Assembly: GCF_036321535.1 (NCBI RefSeq)
Contig: NC_087437.1
Span: forward strand, 26,352,001 to 26,416,000
Origin: Camelus dromedarius
Taxonomy: Eukaryota
Reading direction: 5' to 3'
DNA length: 64,000 nucleotides
The translations under genes were made by a program, and so were the position numbers. The notes beneath the pieces are model-generated. The model searched no databases and was not told the DNA's origin. It saw only the letters and a program-made list of their open reading frames with translations. Positions 12,951-26,040 of this stretch are shown one piece after another. Numbering within the stretch: position 1 is the first letter of the stretch; each line of letters begins with the position of its first letter.

Positions 12951-13536
12951 TTCTAAAATACCACTGAATTAAAAAGGCAATGCCACTTAACACAGTTGGG
13001 AAACTGCTGACGGCAGAGAGATGTTTAAATATCCACCTGCTTGTCTGAGCCTATCCTTCTCCACTGCCCCAGCCACACAAGTTACACTCCATGTATGGCA
13101 AAAGTGTGAATGTTTGTATTAAATGCAATTTGCAAAGTTACAGGATAGCATAGGAAAAGGCAGCCAATGTTTTCAGCCAATCAGTTAGCAGTAATGGTTT
13201 TTAAAATAATTAAATATGAGAATGGCAAGGCACTTATTCTGACGGCTTTTTAAAAAGTGCTATTAAAAGTCTAATATCCAAATCAAACTGAAGTCACCCA
13301 TTTAGACAGTTAGTGTTTCCTGAGGAAAGTCTACCTGAATTACAATCCATCACCAAAAGCTGTCCGCCGTGGTGGCATCCCTGCTGTCTTACTGCAGCAA
13401 ATATCTCAATAGCAATGTCTAAGGGGAACTCCTGTGGAACAGCACCCCAGCTGTAGCATGAACTACAAATTCAAGCTCCTTGGAAAGTTTAGTAAAAATT
13501 ACTTTAATTCATTTAGCATTTGCTTTGTCTCCATAC

Positions 13537-13651
13537 TTGAGTACTGGTCTTTTGTTTGATAAGTAGCGTTGGACTTTAAGTTTTTGTCCAAGAAGACAAC
13601 CCATCAGAAATTCCTTCCATCCATCCCAGACGTCCAAGCGAAGTGTCATGC
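13537..13651 (-). CDS. ANKUB1: ANKUB1 coding exon 4 ([39 protein letters not shown])
   Basis: Acceptor cccacag|GC, donor CTCAA|gtatgg, 115 nt, phase 1 to 2; lies within ORF 13509..13691. Confidence 0.96.
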
Positions 13652-15164
13652 CTGTGGGTAACGAGAGGTGGTTATGGTTCCAATCCATCACTGTGGTTTG
13701 ACAATCATAAAACTGCTAATGATAGCTTTCTCCAAACAGAGGCTTGAGCCAGATGCCAAATGAAAAGTAACCTTGGAATAAAGAGGCAGGGATGCTATCT
13801 TTAGCTTAGGCCCGTATTGACATGGAAAAGCCTTTTAGCCTCTGTGCATTTTCGTTTTCTTGTCCGCACCATGAGGGCATGCAAAGCTGAACTTCATTCT
13901 GTAGCTATTTTAAAATAATCCTATGGCCAGGGTGATCTGAACGTCACCATGAAAACAAAGGCTGTGATGTTGGAAGAGGAAACTAAAGAAACTGAGGCAG
14001 GACACACAGGCTTCCTGGGCCTTTAGCTTACGAGTGGGCTGTGGGGGGAGTTGAATGATCCTTTTGCTCGGTCCTTCGCAAAATAGGAGCCATTCTGTGT
14101 TACGAACATAAAAGTGATATGTTCATTGCTGCTGGAGGATTTACCACTTGCGCCTCAAAAGTCTAGGCTCTCCTGATTCTGTGACTGCATTCCCTTTGTC
14201 CTTCAGGCTGGTGTTTTCCCGGCATCTTTCCTCAGCCTTCTGCTCTTCTCCCCTACACGGTCTCTCAGGATGAAACCCGGTCTTCTCCCCATCTGGTCCT
14301 CCCTGACCTCTCTCATGTCTAGCCGGCCTCTCTCTCTTCCAGCCACTCTGACCATTTGCCTGTCCTTTAGGCACACCAAATCCACTCCCATTTGAGGCCT
14401 TTTATCATTTCTTTTGCTTCAAAGGGTCTTTATCCAGATTTCCTCAGGGCAGGGTCCTTCTTCCTCAGCTTTCACTTCACGCACCATGTCCTCACAGAGG
14501 ACAGTCTCGGCCGCCACAGCTAAAGCCACCTCTGCCACCACTCCCTCCTCCCCTCCAAGACCCTTGATGACATGGCCTTATTCTAACTTCTTCATAGCCT
14601 CTCATCAGTACTTGAAATTGTTTTACTTGTTTGGAGATTTTTTTCATGACCTATTAAAAGGGAAGCACCTTCAGGTCTCACTACCCCTCCTGGCACATGC
14701 TTGTTGCCTGACTAACAGGCAACCTGGCTTCATTGGTCCCCCGTGTACCACTCACTCCCAAGTCCAAACCCCAGCCCAGGCCTCTGCTCCAGCTCCAGGT
14801 TCCCTCGATGGGGAAATCTCCATCCAAGTGACCCCACTAGGACCCCACTGCCTTGAAAGACAGCTCGCCATCTTTCATCCCCAACCCGCTTTTCCTCCTG
14901 CATTCTGTGTCTTAGTTTGTGACCCCACCACCTTCCTTGCTACCAAAGTTAGAAACCTGGGGGTTGCTTCTCCAGCCTTCCTTTTTCTCATGCCTCCTAC
15001 AGCTATACAAATGCTAAGGCCTGGCAAGTTTATTTCATAAATGTTGAAGAACTCTGTTACTCTGTTTCCTCACCTTTGCATCAACCACCCCGCCCTATTT
15101 CAGGCCTAAACAATCTCTCACTTAAATCTACTTTGAGAAGCTTCCGGCAGCCCGCCCAACCCCG

Positions 15165-16200
15165 CCCTGCCATCTTTATTCAGGTCTCTGTTCAAATGTT
15201 GTCTCCTCTTCTGGCTAACTATCTACAATAGCCCCTCCCCACCTTCCCACATCACTCTCTATTCCCTTATCCTGCTTTCTTTTACTTCAGAGCTTTTAGT
15301 TCTATTTAAAATTTGGTGTTTTTCTTCTTACCTGATGAAGTTTGCCTTCCCTACTGAAATGCAAGCTTCAAGAGAGTAGGAACCTTGCCACTATCGCTCA
15401 CAGTGCTTACATTCCCAGATGGTGCCTGGCTCATGATGAGTGCTCGGTAAGTACTTGCTGAATAAAGTTCCACCCTAATCCTCAAACCTGTTCTGGCCAT
15501 GTGTTGCCCTCCTAACCCTTAGCAGCCCAGCAGGTTGGCCTGCCCTTCTGTGTGTACCCCATGTTGTTTTCTGGCCTTGGATTTCTTCTTTTGCCGTCCC
15601 TTCTGACTCCTTCCCCACACCCTCCGACCAGTGCAACCCTGATGCGTCACAACCCTGATGCCACCCTGGCCTCACCCTCTCCAGGAAGCCCTCCTTGACT
15701 ATACCAGCTTCTCAACTCTCCAAATAGGTTAAAGGACTGCTCAACTGGTTGCCATACTGTACTTTGAAACTCTATTACTGAATATACACAACTTTGGTAT
15801 GCATGCAACATTGGTTTGCCATGACTCAGCCTTATTTCATGACACTTTTCATTTCCCCCTCTACTGATAACCAATTTTGTTTCTCTACATTTCTCAATTT
15901 GAATTCATAAAACTAATGCTTGATAATAATAATAATAATGGAGTGTGAATAGCTAATATTCCTTGGGTGCTTATTATATGCTCTGCATTGTTCTAAGTAA
16001 TTTACCTGAATAAGCTAATTTAAAATTCACAACAACCCTAGGTGATGGGTTGTATTTTTTTCTCCATTTGACAGCTAAGGAAACTGAGGCACTGTAAGAT
16101 GAAGTAACTTGCCCAGGTTTTACATAACCAGTAAGCAGTGGAGCTAAAAGTTAGAGCTGGGCAAGCTGGCTCCTGTGCCCATGTTCCTGTCCTCTATGTT
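15165..16200. mobile_element. L2 3' fragment (+, ~15165-15465) and MIR (-, ~15935-16200)
   Basis: gcaagcttcaagagagtagg...gtgcctggctcatgatgagtgctc; ctaaggaaactgaggcactg...aagtaacttgcccagg. Confidence 0.7.
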
Positions 16201-16654
16201 CTACTTGTCTCCAAACGGCAATCTAACTAGCTCAGCTCTGAGAGCTGATGTCACTGGGCAGCCTACGGATTGGCTGCCTTTGAATCAATATGCTGGTCCT
16301 AGCAGTCACATGCCAAAGTTGTGATAGGATAGTGGTGACATGGCCTATCCACACATATCCCCAGGCTCAGACAGGTCATAATAAATACTTGCAGGTGAGA
16401 AGAAGAGAAGGAAGAAATGAAGGAAGGAGGGAGGAAGAAGGAAGAGTGGGAGGGAGGAGGGATATTATAACAGCAGTAATCTTAGAGTCACAGGTTGCTG
16501 AAGATAAAAAGATCCTAAAGGACCCGCCCACTCTGTTGTCCCCTTTTATAGATTAGGAGACTGAGCTCAAAGATATGAGAAGTTGCCTGAAGGTACTTAG
16601 CAAGCTGAGAGTAGAATTTGTCCTGGAATTTGTGTCTCTAGGACTCTTTCTTTT

Positions 16655-16850
16655 CTTCTTTTTAAAATTTTATTTCCTTTTTTTAAAAAAATTATTGAAG
16701 TGTAGTTGATTTACAATGTTAATTTCAGGTGTACAGCAAAGTGATTCAGTTACACATATACAGACATATATATTTTTTATTTTCAGATTCTTTTCCATTA
16801 TATGTTACTACAAGAAACTGAATATAGTTCCCTGAGCTATACAGTAGGTT
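16655..16850 (-). mobile_element. L1 3' terminal fragment
   Basis: ttattgaagtgtagttgatttacaatgtt...ttcaggtgtacagcaaagtgattcagtta...gaatatagttccctg. Confidence 0.8.
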
Positions 16851-16860
16851 CTTTCCTTTC

Positions 16861-16935
16861 TTTTTTTAATGGAAGTAGTGGGGATTGAACCCAGGGCCTC
16901 TTGCATGCTAAGCATGAGCTCTACCACTGAGCTAT
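16861..16935 (-). mobile_element. Vic-1-like SINE, short form
   Basis: ggggattgaacccagggcctcttgcatgctaagcatgagctctaccactgagcta on the plus strand, preceded by a T tract. Confidence 0.85.
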
Positions 16936-18777
16936 CTGACAGCTACTCATCAACCCCACCACACACACTAGAACTTTTTCTAATGCTTAGAAAGCCTCCT
17001 TCTTTCAGTTGCTTCTCTTTCTTTTCTCTCTGCTTCCCTGCTCTCTCCCTTCTTACCTCCACTCCACAGGTAGACACACACCCAAGTGTATGTTCTCTCT
17101 GCTGACCCCACCCTTCCTGGACATCCGTCCTACCTTACCACCTGTGATCTTGAAATGGGGCTCTTCTTTGATTACTGTTGACTCTGGTTTTTGATTTCTT
17201 GACCTTGGCTCACTGTCCTTTGTGGATAGATCCCTATTTAATGTGCTCGTTTACTCCAGAGCCTGATCTGCATTATTGCCTTAACCTACCTCAGTGCTCA
17301 CAAGTCTGGCCTCAACTAGGAAAATTCACTCTTTTTGCTGGAGAATTATGGAATTATTCTGTAGTGGTTCTGCAAATACACTCTGGAAATGCCTTAATAA
17401 ACATTTTCCAAAATATGAATCATCTTTGACATGATAGATTTCTCTATAGTTCTCTATAGAATAGTTTATAGAGAATAGCTTCTCTAAAGCTTCTTGCCGT
17501 ATTTAAAGTTGCTTATAAAATACTTGATTCCTACAAATGGCACTGAAACAGAAGACTTTAAGTACTGTTCCAAGTACATTTATTTCGTCTCCTGACTTAA
17601 ATGACTTGCTATGTTTTTAGTTTATTATGAAAATCACTCAGAGATGAACATTGGACGGTTTTAGCCTGGCACTGTACCCCAGCATCCTTGATCTTCCACA
17701 TCTGAGGCCACACAGCCCCCATTTGAATGATCAAACCAACCTCAGGCCCATGACAATCTTAATTTCAGCAGGAGGGAATTTGTTAAGATTCCAGGCGAGT
17801 AGCTCAGAAGTTTGGTGGGTAGCTGTTAGACATCCTTGTTCTAGTAAGTTGCCCTATTCCTCCTGACCAAGCCCTGACCTTGTTCCTCAGAGCATACGTC
17901 CTAGTATCCTATTCTACCTTTTGGGTTTTGGAACTGAGGCCCCATCTCTGTTCTCTGAGCTTGGAACTCAGAGACTTCCTACTCTGAACCTCAATCTCTG
18001 GGGTTAGATTTCTGTTACATGTTGACAGAGGCTTCAGTGTCAGCAACCAGCTTGTCTCATTTCCCACCTCCCATGTCATTCATTCATTGATTCATTCACT
18101 ACCTTGATGCTATGGTTCCCCTACCAGGTCCCTGCTAGATATCCCTGTGGCTCCTCACCCTCTGCCTTCCTCGTTCTTACCAATTGCTGTCTGCAGACTG
18201 ACCTGCAGTCCTATTCCAGGAACCCCACCAGTAGGACTTATTTGAGGCTAACCTCCTTCTGCTAGATGTCTATAGATGGGGTCTTCCTGGCCCATCTCTT
18301 TTTCCCTAGGTGATTGCTTAGTCTCAGGGTCTCAGCTCTGTCCTCAGGGTCCCTAGATCAACCTGTCCACCACTAATGAGCTCTGAAAACTACAAAAAAA
18401 TATGACATGATTTAAATTCTCATCAGCAGTCGGGCACCTCCATCAAGCCCTGTATTTTATGTAAGCAAATGTAACAGATGTTACAACTATCAATTTCAGT
18501 TCCTTGCAATGAAGCAGTCCTAGTTTCTCAAAGATTAAAAGTAACAATGGATGGTTTTTCTCTTACTGCTCAACTTTTGAATAGCCAGAGAATTTCTAAG
18601 TAAGTTAACCAGCACCATTTATTGGATAATCCTTCCATCCCAACTGATTTGTAATCCCTCCTTTGTCACTCGTTAAATTCCTTCATAAGCTCAAGAATTC
18701 TGTTGGAAAATAGAAGTCTGTTTTTAAAATGCTATGTTGCCCCAGAAAATAGAACTAAAATCTATAACTGAAATTAA

Positions 18778-18903
18778 AGTAAAATTAATGAGACTTAAGC
18801 TTCAGGGCCTTTCACTACATGAACTTTCCAATTCTATATTCTTAATTTTTTGAAGAGGACTCCCCCCAAATTGCATATATTTACAAAACCTGGATTCACC
18901 CAC
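18778..18903 (+). mobile_element. MER53-like hAT element fragment
   Basis: cttaagcttcagggcc...ccccccaaattgcata...acaaaacctggattcacc. Confidence 0.6.
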
Positions 18904-21900
18904 TCTCTACTTACAAACCCATCTACCATGCCCAAGCGCTGCAGGAAAGCAGGTGCCTGCAAAAGTGCCTGTTCTATGGAATTGTCTTCAAGCTCTCCCC
19001 ACATGGTCCCTGTATCCCAAGTTTTGGGATTCCTCATATGTACTCTGGGGTCAATACCTGCCTATCTGATTTGGGATTTTTCTTCCTGAATGTGGAAACC
19101 TTTCCTCTGGTTTGAGTTTCCCCTAACGGGAATCAAAACAAAGCATTGATCAGACCCTGCTTCTGGAAGAATCTCTCAGATGTGATGTGCTCAGTCTGGC
19201 CATGAAAACATGCCGTGAGGCATTCCCAGTGAAAAGTACCAATGGCATCATTCTGTAAAGGAAAGGCATTCATTCCTTCACTCATTTGTTCCAGTACACT
19301 TTGTTCCAGAAAGGCCTGATGTCAGTTTATAAGCATATATAAAATATAGACAGAATAACGGGCAGACAAGCACATAGATAAGCAAGAGGAAAGCAAAAGC
19401 CAGGGTGGAGATTTAAGAACTAAAAATGGGAGTAAAATGAACATCTATCCCACATAGGTTGATGCAAGAAAAGGGGTGTGTGTTGTGTTGTGTGTGTATA
19501 TTGGACCTATGTGATGTGTCACTAAACCCCAAGTCACAAAATTACAAAATCCCAAACATTAGTGGATGTTTAGCTTTGATAAATTCATGGTAAGTTAATT
19601 ATTAAATATTCTACCACCCAAAAGCCCTTCATCCCCTTATTACTTATCTTCGTCTTAATCCCTACAGTCTTTCTATTTAACATCCATTTTATTAAAACTG
19701 CTCTCTCTGGGCTCACCAATGACCTTTAAGCCAAATTAAAAGGTTTTTCTAAGAAACTGTCTTTGGCCTTCTACCAGCATCCTGCAAACAGTCTTTTCTT
19801 CATCTGTGACAATACAAAGTCCCGATTCTCCTCCAGACTCTGATGGCGTTTCGTGTCTCGTTTTCTGACTCCTCTTCTCTACTTACGCTGACTTCAGCAC
19901 ATACTGAGCACGGGCCCTTGGCCCTTGACACGTTCCTCTCTGTATTTACTTTCTAAGGAAAACACCTCTCATAGGGCTCTACCCCCAACTCCATGGGCAG
20001 GACGCCTACAGCAATATCTGCGAACTCCACCCATCATTCAAGCCCTAGCTCCGTATTTGTCAGGAGAAGAATTAGAAGACCTCAGCTGTACTTACAGCTT
20101 TGCCATTAACTAGCTGAGTAATTTTCAGAGAAAAAAGTATTCTCTGAGTTTCTTTATAGCTAAAGTTTAGGACCCAAAGCTTAAGCTCCCTTTCCCAATT
20201 TCACCAGTGCTGTCCTAGTGTCAGAGCCTTGGTGTTCCCCTCTTCTTAGATGTGGTCCAGCACAACATTCTGTCTCTTCCTCATGAGTTTCTCAGACTTG
20301 TCTCTTCATTGCTAGGGGAATTAGTTAATACTGGGATTATCAAAAGCTCCAGTTAACGTATCACCCTGCTTCCAGTCTCTCCCACTCCTTTCTGTATTTC
20401 ATGCTGCATGCCACCAGATTAAAGTTCTGTTGAAACACCACTGTCCCAGAACATACTTGCCCTGGTTGTGAACACATTAAGCCCATGCTCTGTTGCCTCA
20501 ATCCTAAGACCCTCCTCAACCTGACCTCAGCTGTGATTCCCATTGGTCCTAGCAAAGATCTGCCACTCTTTGGAACTGTCTCCTGCTTCTTGTCTTCAAG
20601 ATTAAGCCCAGGTTCATGAACCTGTGGTTTATGCTTTTCTCTGGCCCTGAAGCCTGGAATGTCTTCCCTTCCTCCTCTCAGATAATCCATATTTCTCCCA
20701 TCTTTGCGTGCTCAGGCCCAACATTCTCTTAAATACCTTCCCTTGAGCCCTTCAGCCTACGCTGAGCTGGCTTAGTGGATTATAACTGAGTAAATGTGCA
20801 TGTCTCATTTTTACCAGTTTACTATAAACGTCCAGAGTGTAGAAGCAGTCTTTTATGTTACTGTAGAAGCTAATATGTGCAGTGACTATTTGAGCCACTT
20901 AAATCTTTGATTTTCAGTCTGAACTTGACTACTTCTCCAAAACCTTCTGATTTTCCACTGACTTTGGAAAGGGGTCAAGGTTCAACTCCCGACAGCATCA
21001 GAGATGACTTGTTGACTGGCAAGAGGTGAAGCTGGAAGAGAGGCTGATCAGAGACTCCTTTATTCTGTAGTTTAAAAAGGTGAGCTGGCTACTTATAGAC
21101 TGTGAGGGATGCTTTAGGCAAAGGTTTGAAGCAGGCCAAAGGCTCTTCCTCCTTTTCCTCTGAGGCCCCTCTTTCCTTGCCCCTCCTCCCATTCCCTGTA
21201 TCCTCATGGTGGCCAAAGCCGTCTACCCTGGTCACGCTCGAGCCTCTAACTTGACATTGAAAACCCTCCTTCCAAGAAGGTCATTTTAAGGGTGTTATTA
21301 ACCCTAAACACACCTTGAGCAAGTCATATAACCATTCAGAATCTTTCTGCTTTCTTTGAATTTGTAAAAATTTGGGGTGGGGCCAGGCCATTTCTAATTC
21401 TCTTTGAGCTCTAAAATGTCACATCATGATCTGAGTGGCGTAAGTCTGAAGAACAGTCACCCAAAGGAGTTTTCTCATTTATCCTTTTATATCTCCTTAA
21501 ATAACTAGATTATATAAGTTATTTGGGTTTCAGTGCCACTTGTGTGCCCTTGCTCAAATCAACTGCCACCATGTTCTGGGCGAGGCTGATCGCCCAGCAA
21601 GCACGCAGGGCAGACACATGCTTTACAGGAAGGTGCTCTGAGGACAAATCCTAGAATGTTGCTTCCTCTTATCAAAAACAGGGTGATAACTGATGTCAAA
21701 GTTTTGAGAGCCTCAATTAAAAATAACGTGAAAGAATAAGCAAATATAATAAGAGGTAACAATAAATGCAAATTTAGCAGTTATAAAAAGCAAAACTGCT
21801 TAACTCAACAATGTCTACAAGGCCCTATTATAAGTTGGAAAAATTCAAATTCCACCCAACCAATGTTACAGCACAATGTTACCTAAAGATGTGCTAATTG

Positions 21901-21937
21901 TCAGCAGAGATTTATTCACCTCAAGCAAGAATCTCTA

Positions 21938-22026
21938 GGGGGAGGGTGTAGCTCAGTGGCAGAGCACTTGCTTAGCATGCACAAGGTCCTGGGTTCAATC
22001 CCCAGTGCCTCCAAAAAAAAAAAAAA
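21938..22026 (+). mobile_element. tRNA-Ala-derived SINE (Vic-1-like), short form with poly(A)
   Basis: gggggagggtgtagctcagtggcagagc...gggttcaatccccagtgcctcc followed by A14; Pol III A and B boxes present. Confidence 0.9.
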
Positions 22027-22399
22027 GAATATAAGGTTTGAACCATTTTCCAGTATGATTAAAATAAATCTGAGAGTCCTTTCAGTTTGGCTTAACGATG
22101 TATGGTGACAGCAGACGTGACCGGGAAGTACAGTACTTAAAGACAGGTTGTAATCTCTATCAGGGATGAATGCCAGCTCACGGAGGCACCTATTTGGCCT
22201 ACTCAGTATTGGCTTCATACTGTTCAGAAGAGTGCTGAATATAACTGACACTATTTTAAAATAAGATCATGTAAAGCAAGGTTCAGAACAGTATGTATCA
22301 TATGCTACCACTTGCATTAAAAAGCGGAAAAGGAATATGCACTTGAACTTGCTTCTACCATATGCTTGAAGTATATTTTGAAAGAGGAAAATATAAACA

Positions 22400-22590
22400 G
22401 GTCTGAGTCTTGGTCTTCTATCCTGAGGATATTAACAAGCCCTTCTGCTTTGAGCAAAGAGAATAAGATACAGCAGGGCTATGAGACCATTCTTATTTCT
22501 TAGTCCACAGACCCAGACACCAGAGATGGGTGTCGATAATTTATATCCACACTGTGCCTACAGAGGTTTTAGTTTGGAAACAACTCCTCC
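22400..22590 (+). repeat. Diverged direct repeat, copy A (partner at 23039-23226)
   Basis: Manual alignment gives roughly 74% identity over ~190 bp with two small gaps. Confidence 0.85.
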
Positions 22591-22662
22591 TTTTGTTGTG
22601 AGTCTGATATCAAAGGCCCTGAGTGCTGAGTGGCGGCTGCTATCACGTGTGGTGGGCCGTAC

Positions 22663-22879
22663 CAATGTCTATCTGGTAGTCCCTGAGTGTGTTGCAGTCA
22701 TACATCTCCAGTCCCTCTGGCGTCCGGAGACAGAAGACACTCAGGGGGAAGCCACATCTCAGAGCTACTAGTGTTCTCAGATCAGACACTTTTTTACCAA
22801 GAAGGGAAATGCTCTCCATTATCCGCATTGTCTCTTGGGTCACAGCATTGAACACATAGAGAGTGGGCTTCTCTTCTTC
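22663..22879 (-). CDS. ANKUB1: ANKUB1 coding exon 3 ([15 protein letters not shown]...[12 protein letters not shown]), second ubiquitin-like domain
   Basis: Acceptor ttttctctccccttag|GAA, donor ATTG|gtacgg, 217 nt, phase 0 to 1; overlaps ORF 22643..22855. Confidence 0.96.
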
Positions 22880-23038
22880 CTAAGGGGAGAGAAAAGGAGG
22901 GAACTCAGGAATAAGCACTGTCTGGAGATTGGGACAGGGGGCAGACATCTTGGAGGGTGGCTCTGAGTGCCTCTAGCTCCCACGACATGGGTGCTAAAGA
23001 TGAAAGAAAGCAAAGGCCAGTTACGTTTCCTGACTTCT

Positions 23039-23226
23039 GGTCTGATTCTTGCTCTTCTGTCCTGGATATTTATGAGTCCTCTTGGTCTGAGAAAAGTAAA
23101 GGAGACTTGGCAGAGCTTTGAGTCCCTTCTTCCTTCTTAGTCTACGACCTAGATACACAAGCAGAGTGGTGATCGTTTCTATCCACACTGCGCTTTCCGA
23201 GGTATTTGTTTAGAAACGACTCCTCC
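23039..23226 (+). repeat. Diverged direct repeat, copy B (partner at 22400-22590)
   Basis: Shared anchors ggtctga.tcttg.tcttct.tcct, ttcttagtc, tatccacactg and gaaac.actcctcc. Confidence 0.85.
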
Positions 23227-25659
23227 AGCGTGCTACACTTTGACTTGGAAACACTGTGGATTCTAAACCTTCAGTCAACTTAAAAAAATCTTTTCTGTGA
23301 GGTTATCTCCAGGGAATGGAACTGAGCTCAGGGTGGGAGGGGAGTTTTGCATATCATTTCGTGCTCTTCCTTGTCTGTATGATTTGACTTTTTTTTTTTT
23401 TAAATAACCACATGCACTTTTACTATTTAAAAAGGGAAGTCCTAAATATAAGTGAAAAAAGTTTCTTTTGTTCCTTTTATTTTGGAATCTAACTAGGAAA
23501 GCAAGTGGAACTGAGATGTCTGAAATAGAGTTAAGAGGGAAAGTTTGGGAAAATATTAATCCTTCTGTTAATAATAGCTAAATCAATCAAGCCAAAACTA
23601 AAAATGCAGCAAATGGGGAGAATGGGAAGGGGGTGAGGAGGAAAAGGTTATTAAAATTTTCTCTTTTCTAACAACAACAAAAAAATGAAACTGGCCTTAC
23701 TTCCTGTTTAGCAGATTCAGGATAATCATGTCTTTCTTCAGTGAGCCATTTGCTTGGCAGATATGAGCATACAGAGCTGCCATTGAGGGCTCACGGTAAT
23801 GTGGGAGTCTTGAGGGACCTTGAGGAAGACTGAGAAATGGCCCCTGGGCAAACAGGTTCCTCAAGGGGTCTCCAGCCAGCCACTGCTCCCTTGCCATCCC
23901 TCTGCCCCTCTCCCCCTTTCTCCCATCAAATTCATCTCGGGTTTCTGCAGGGGTCCTTCTCTGCTTCAGGTTGATAATGCATTAAATTTTCCCCTCCCCC
24001 GCCCCGCCTTCCAGATAACACATTGCCATACTGTAATCAACATGCAGATCTCTTTGAAAGAGCCTTTAATGACCAGTGTTATTGATCAATGTTTAGGCTG
24101 CAGTGCTTTGATCTAGGGTCCATTTTCAGTAACTCAAATCACTGGGAGCAGTTTCCGGCTCACTTCCGCTGAGCTTAAAGCCATCAGGAAGCTGAGCTGT
24201 TCACTGAATCTAAAGTGCTTAGAACAGTTTTTCTCAGCAGCTTCTCATAAACCCGCTCGACAAAAATTGAAAGGACATAAGATTCATTCTTTCCCGTTCG
24301 CCATGCTCATGTTTTCCTATGGCTCTATTAAGGCAAGTATCTGCTCAGTGTGATCTGTATGATATTTGTGGACAAAAAGAAATTCCTATGAAAAATGAAT
24401 AAAAGGATTGTGAGGAAAAGAGAAAAATTATATTTATTACTCTGATTTCCCTAAAGTTAGTCCTTGGTATGCGTTCTAATTTATATTTAGAATCAAATGC
24501 ATAACGTGCAAACAAAGCAGCAAAGACCTGTCACTCCTAACAGCTAACTAACTGATGTTAGAGAAATAAGTTTAAAAGGTGCTTCTCAGAATATGAATAA
24601 ACATTTGTCTCCATTCTAGTTAGAATGGAGACAAATGTTTATTCATATTCTGTGTTATTTTCCCCTTTACAAACTAACCAAGACACTATGGTAGGAGGTA
24701 CAAACAAAATGTCTTACTTTTCAATTAAAAAAAGTATAGATCTAATTCATGGGAATAATTCCACTTTTATCTTTGAAAACAAATACAAACTCACTGTAAA
24801 TACATACATGTACATTAACAATAAAATAGGAAAAGTTAAGGAGAAACAGAAGAGAAGGTAATGCAAGTTTTGAACACTGCTATACTTTTTTCACTTTTTT
24901 CAAGTTCTGTTTTTTTTTTTTTAAATAATTTGCTATTTTGGAGTTGCAGCATCAAATAAGCAAAAACTTGACCCAACTATTATTCCCGAGTAGACCAAAA
25001 GGAGAAATTATGTTTGTTTTTGTTGAACTGAATGACTTAAAGTTGAGATGTTTTCATCAATATCTTAACCTCATAAACTTCTCTTTTTGTTTGTTAGTTA
25101 TCCTGGAGATGTTATACTTGGAGTCTAGGGCACTGAATTGAAACACCTTTCATCACCAAATTCTTTATCTACTATTCTTTACAGGTTATCTTTAAAAAAA
25201 AAATAGCCATTCTATATAGAAACATGTTTTTGTTTGTAAGTTTATAAATTACACATTTTTAAGAAACAAGTTTATACATGTTTTTGTGTTTAAAATCTAA
25301 ATTCGCATATTATGTATCTCCTAGAAGTCAAGTTTATATATTAATAATGCCTTTTGAAAGCTGAAATGTATATTATTTTGAATCAATTTTAGACCTACTC
25401 ATATAGTTCAAACTTCTCCAATTTGTCTGATAGACTTCTACCCAATGTACCACAAATCACACAATCTCCCACCGTAAAACAACATTCCAAGGATGCCAGA
25501 AAGGATTATAAGTTGTAACTGCAGCCCTGGGTTGGTAGAAGTATGCTAATAGGAGGCAAGGAAACCAGGAGTGTTAAAGAGACTGAGTCCCGCTCACCCT
25601 GGAGGAAACACAGCCTGCCAGGTGGTTGCTTCTCAGTCTCCTTTGCTGGATGACCCGGA

Positions 25660-26040
25660 TGTGTGACGTGGGTGCTCCTAATCAAGCCTCCCCATCTGCC
25701 TCCACCTTGAATTAGGAGCCAGGAAGGAAGAGGAGCAGCAGACGCAGGGACTCTTCCCTGGCAATGGCAGATCTGAAGCACTCCTGGCCCAGCAGCAGGG
25801 CTAGTGGCTGCGTCCAGTGCCTCCTTTGAGGGCTCCAGGGCAGCTGCAGTGGTGGCCTTCCTGGACTAGTTGTAGGTCATGATTTAGAAATTATTTCTGG
25901 CTGCCTAATCTCTGAGCCTGATTCTCTAATCTTCCCGTGAAGACTGTGAACTACAAAAAGCCTTGCTGGATATTCATTTTCTTCTTTAATTGTCCAGGGT
26001 TCTTTTCTGCTGCTTGCAGCCGAAGGACCCTGATGTTAGA
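25660..26040 (+). mobile_element. ERVL LTR fragment (LTR33-like)
   Basis: gtgacgtgggtgctcctaatc...tctggctgcctaatctctgagcctgattctc...tttctgctgcttgcagccgaaggaccctga resembles an LTR33 3' end. Confidence 0.5.

Noticed and set aside
14414..15040. 208-aa plus-strand ORF
   Set aside because: Non-ATG start, low-complexity S/T/P composition, overlaps decayed L2-like sequence, antisense within an ANKUB1 intron, and no recognisable domain.
17439..17475. Small tandem/inverted repeat ttctctatag...tatagagaa
   Set aside because: A 9-bp stem in AT-rich DNA; too short to support an RNA gene or transposon.
21938..22012. tRNA-Ala(AGC)-like gene
   Set aside because: It has extra 5' bases, a poly(A) tail and multiple diverged copies, some with TSDs, so it is a SINE and not a functional tRNA.
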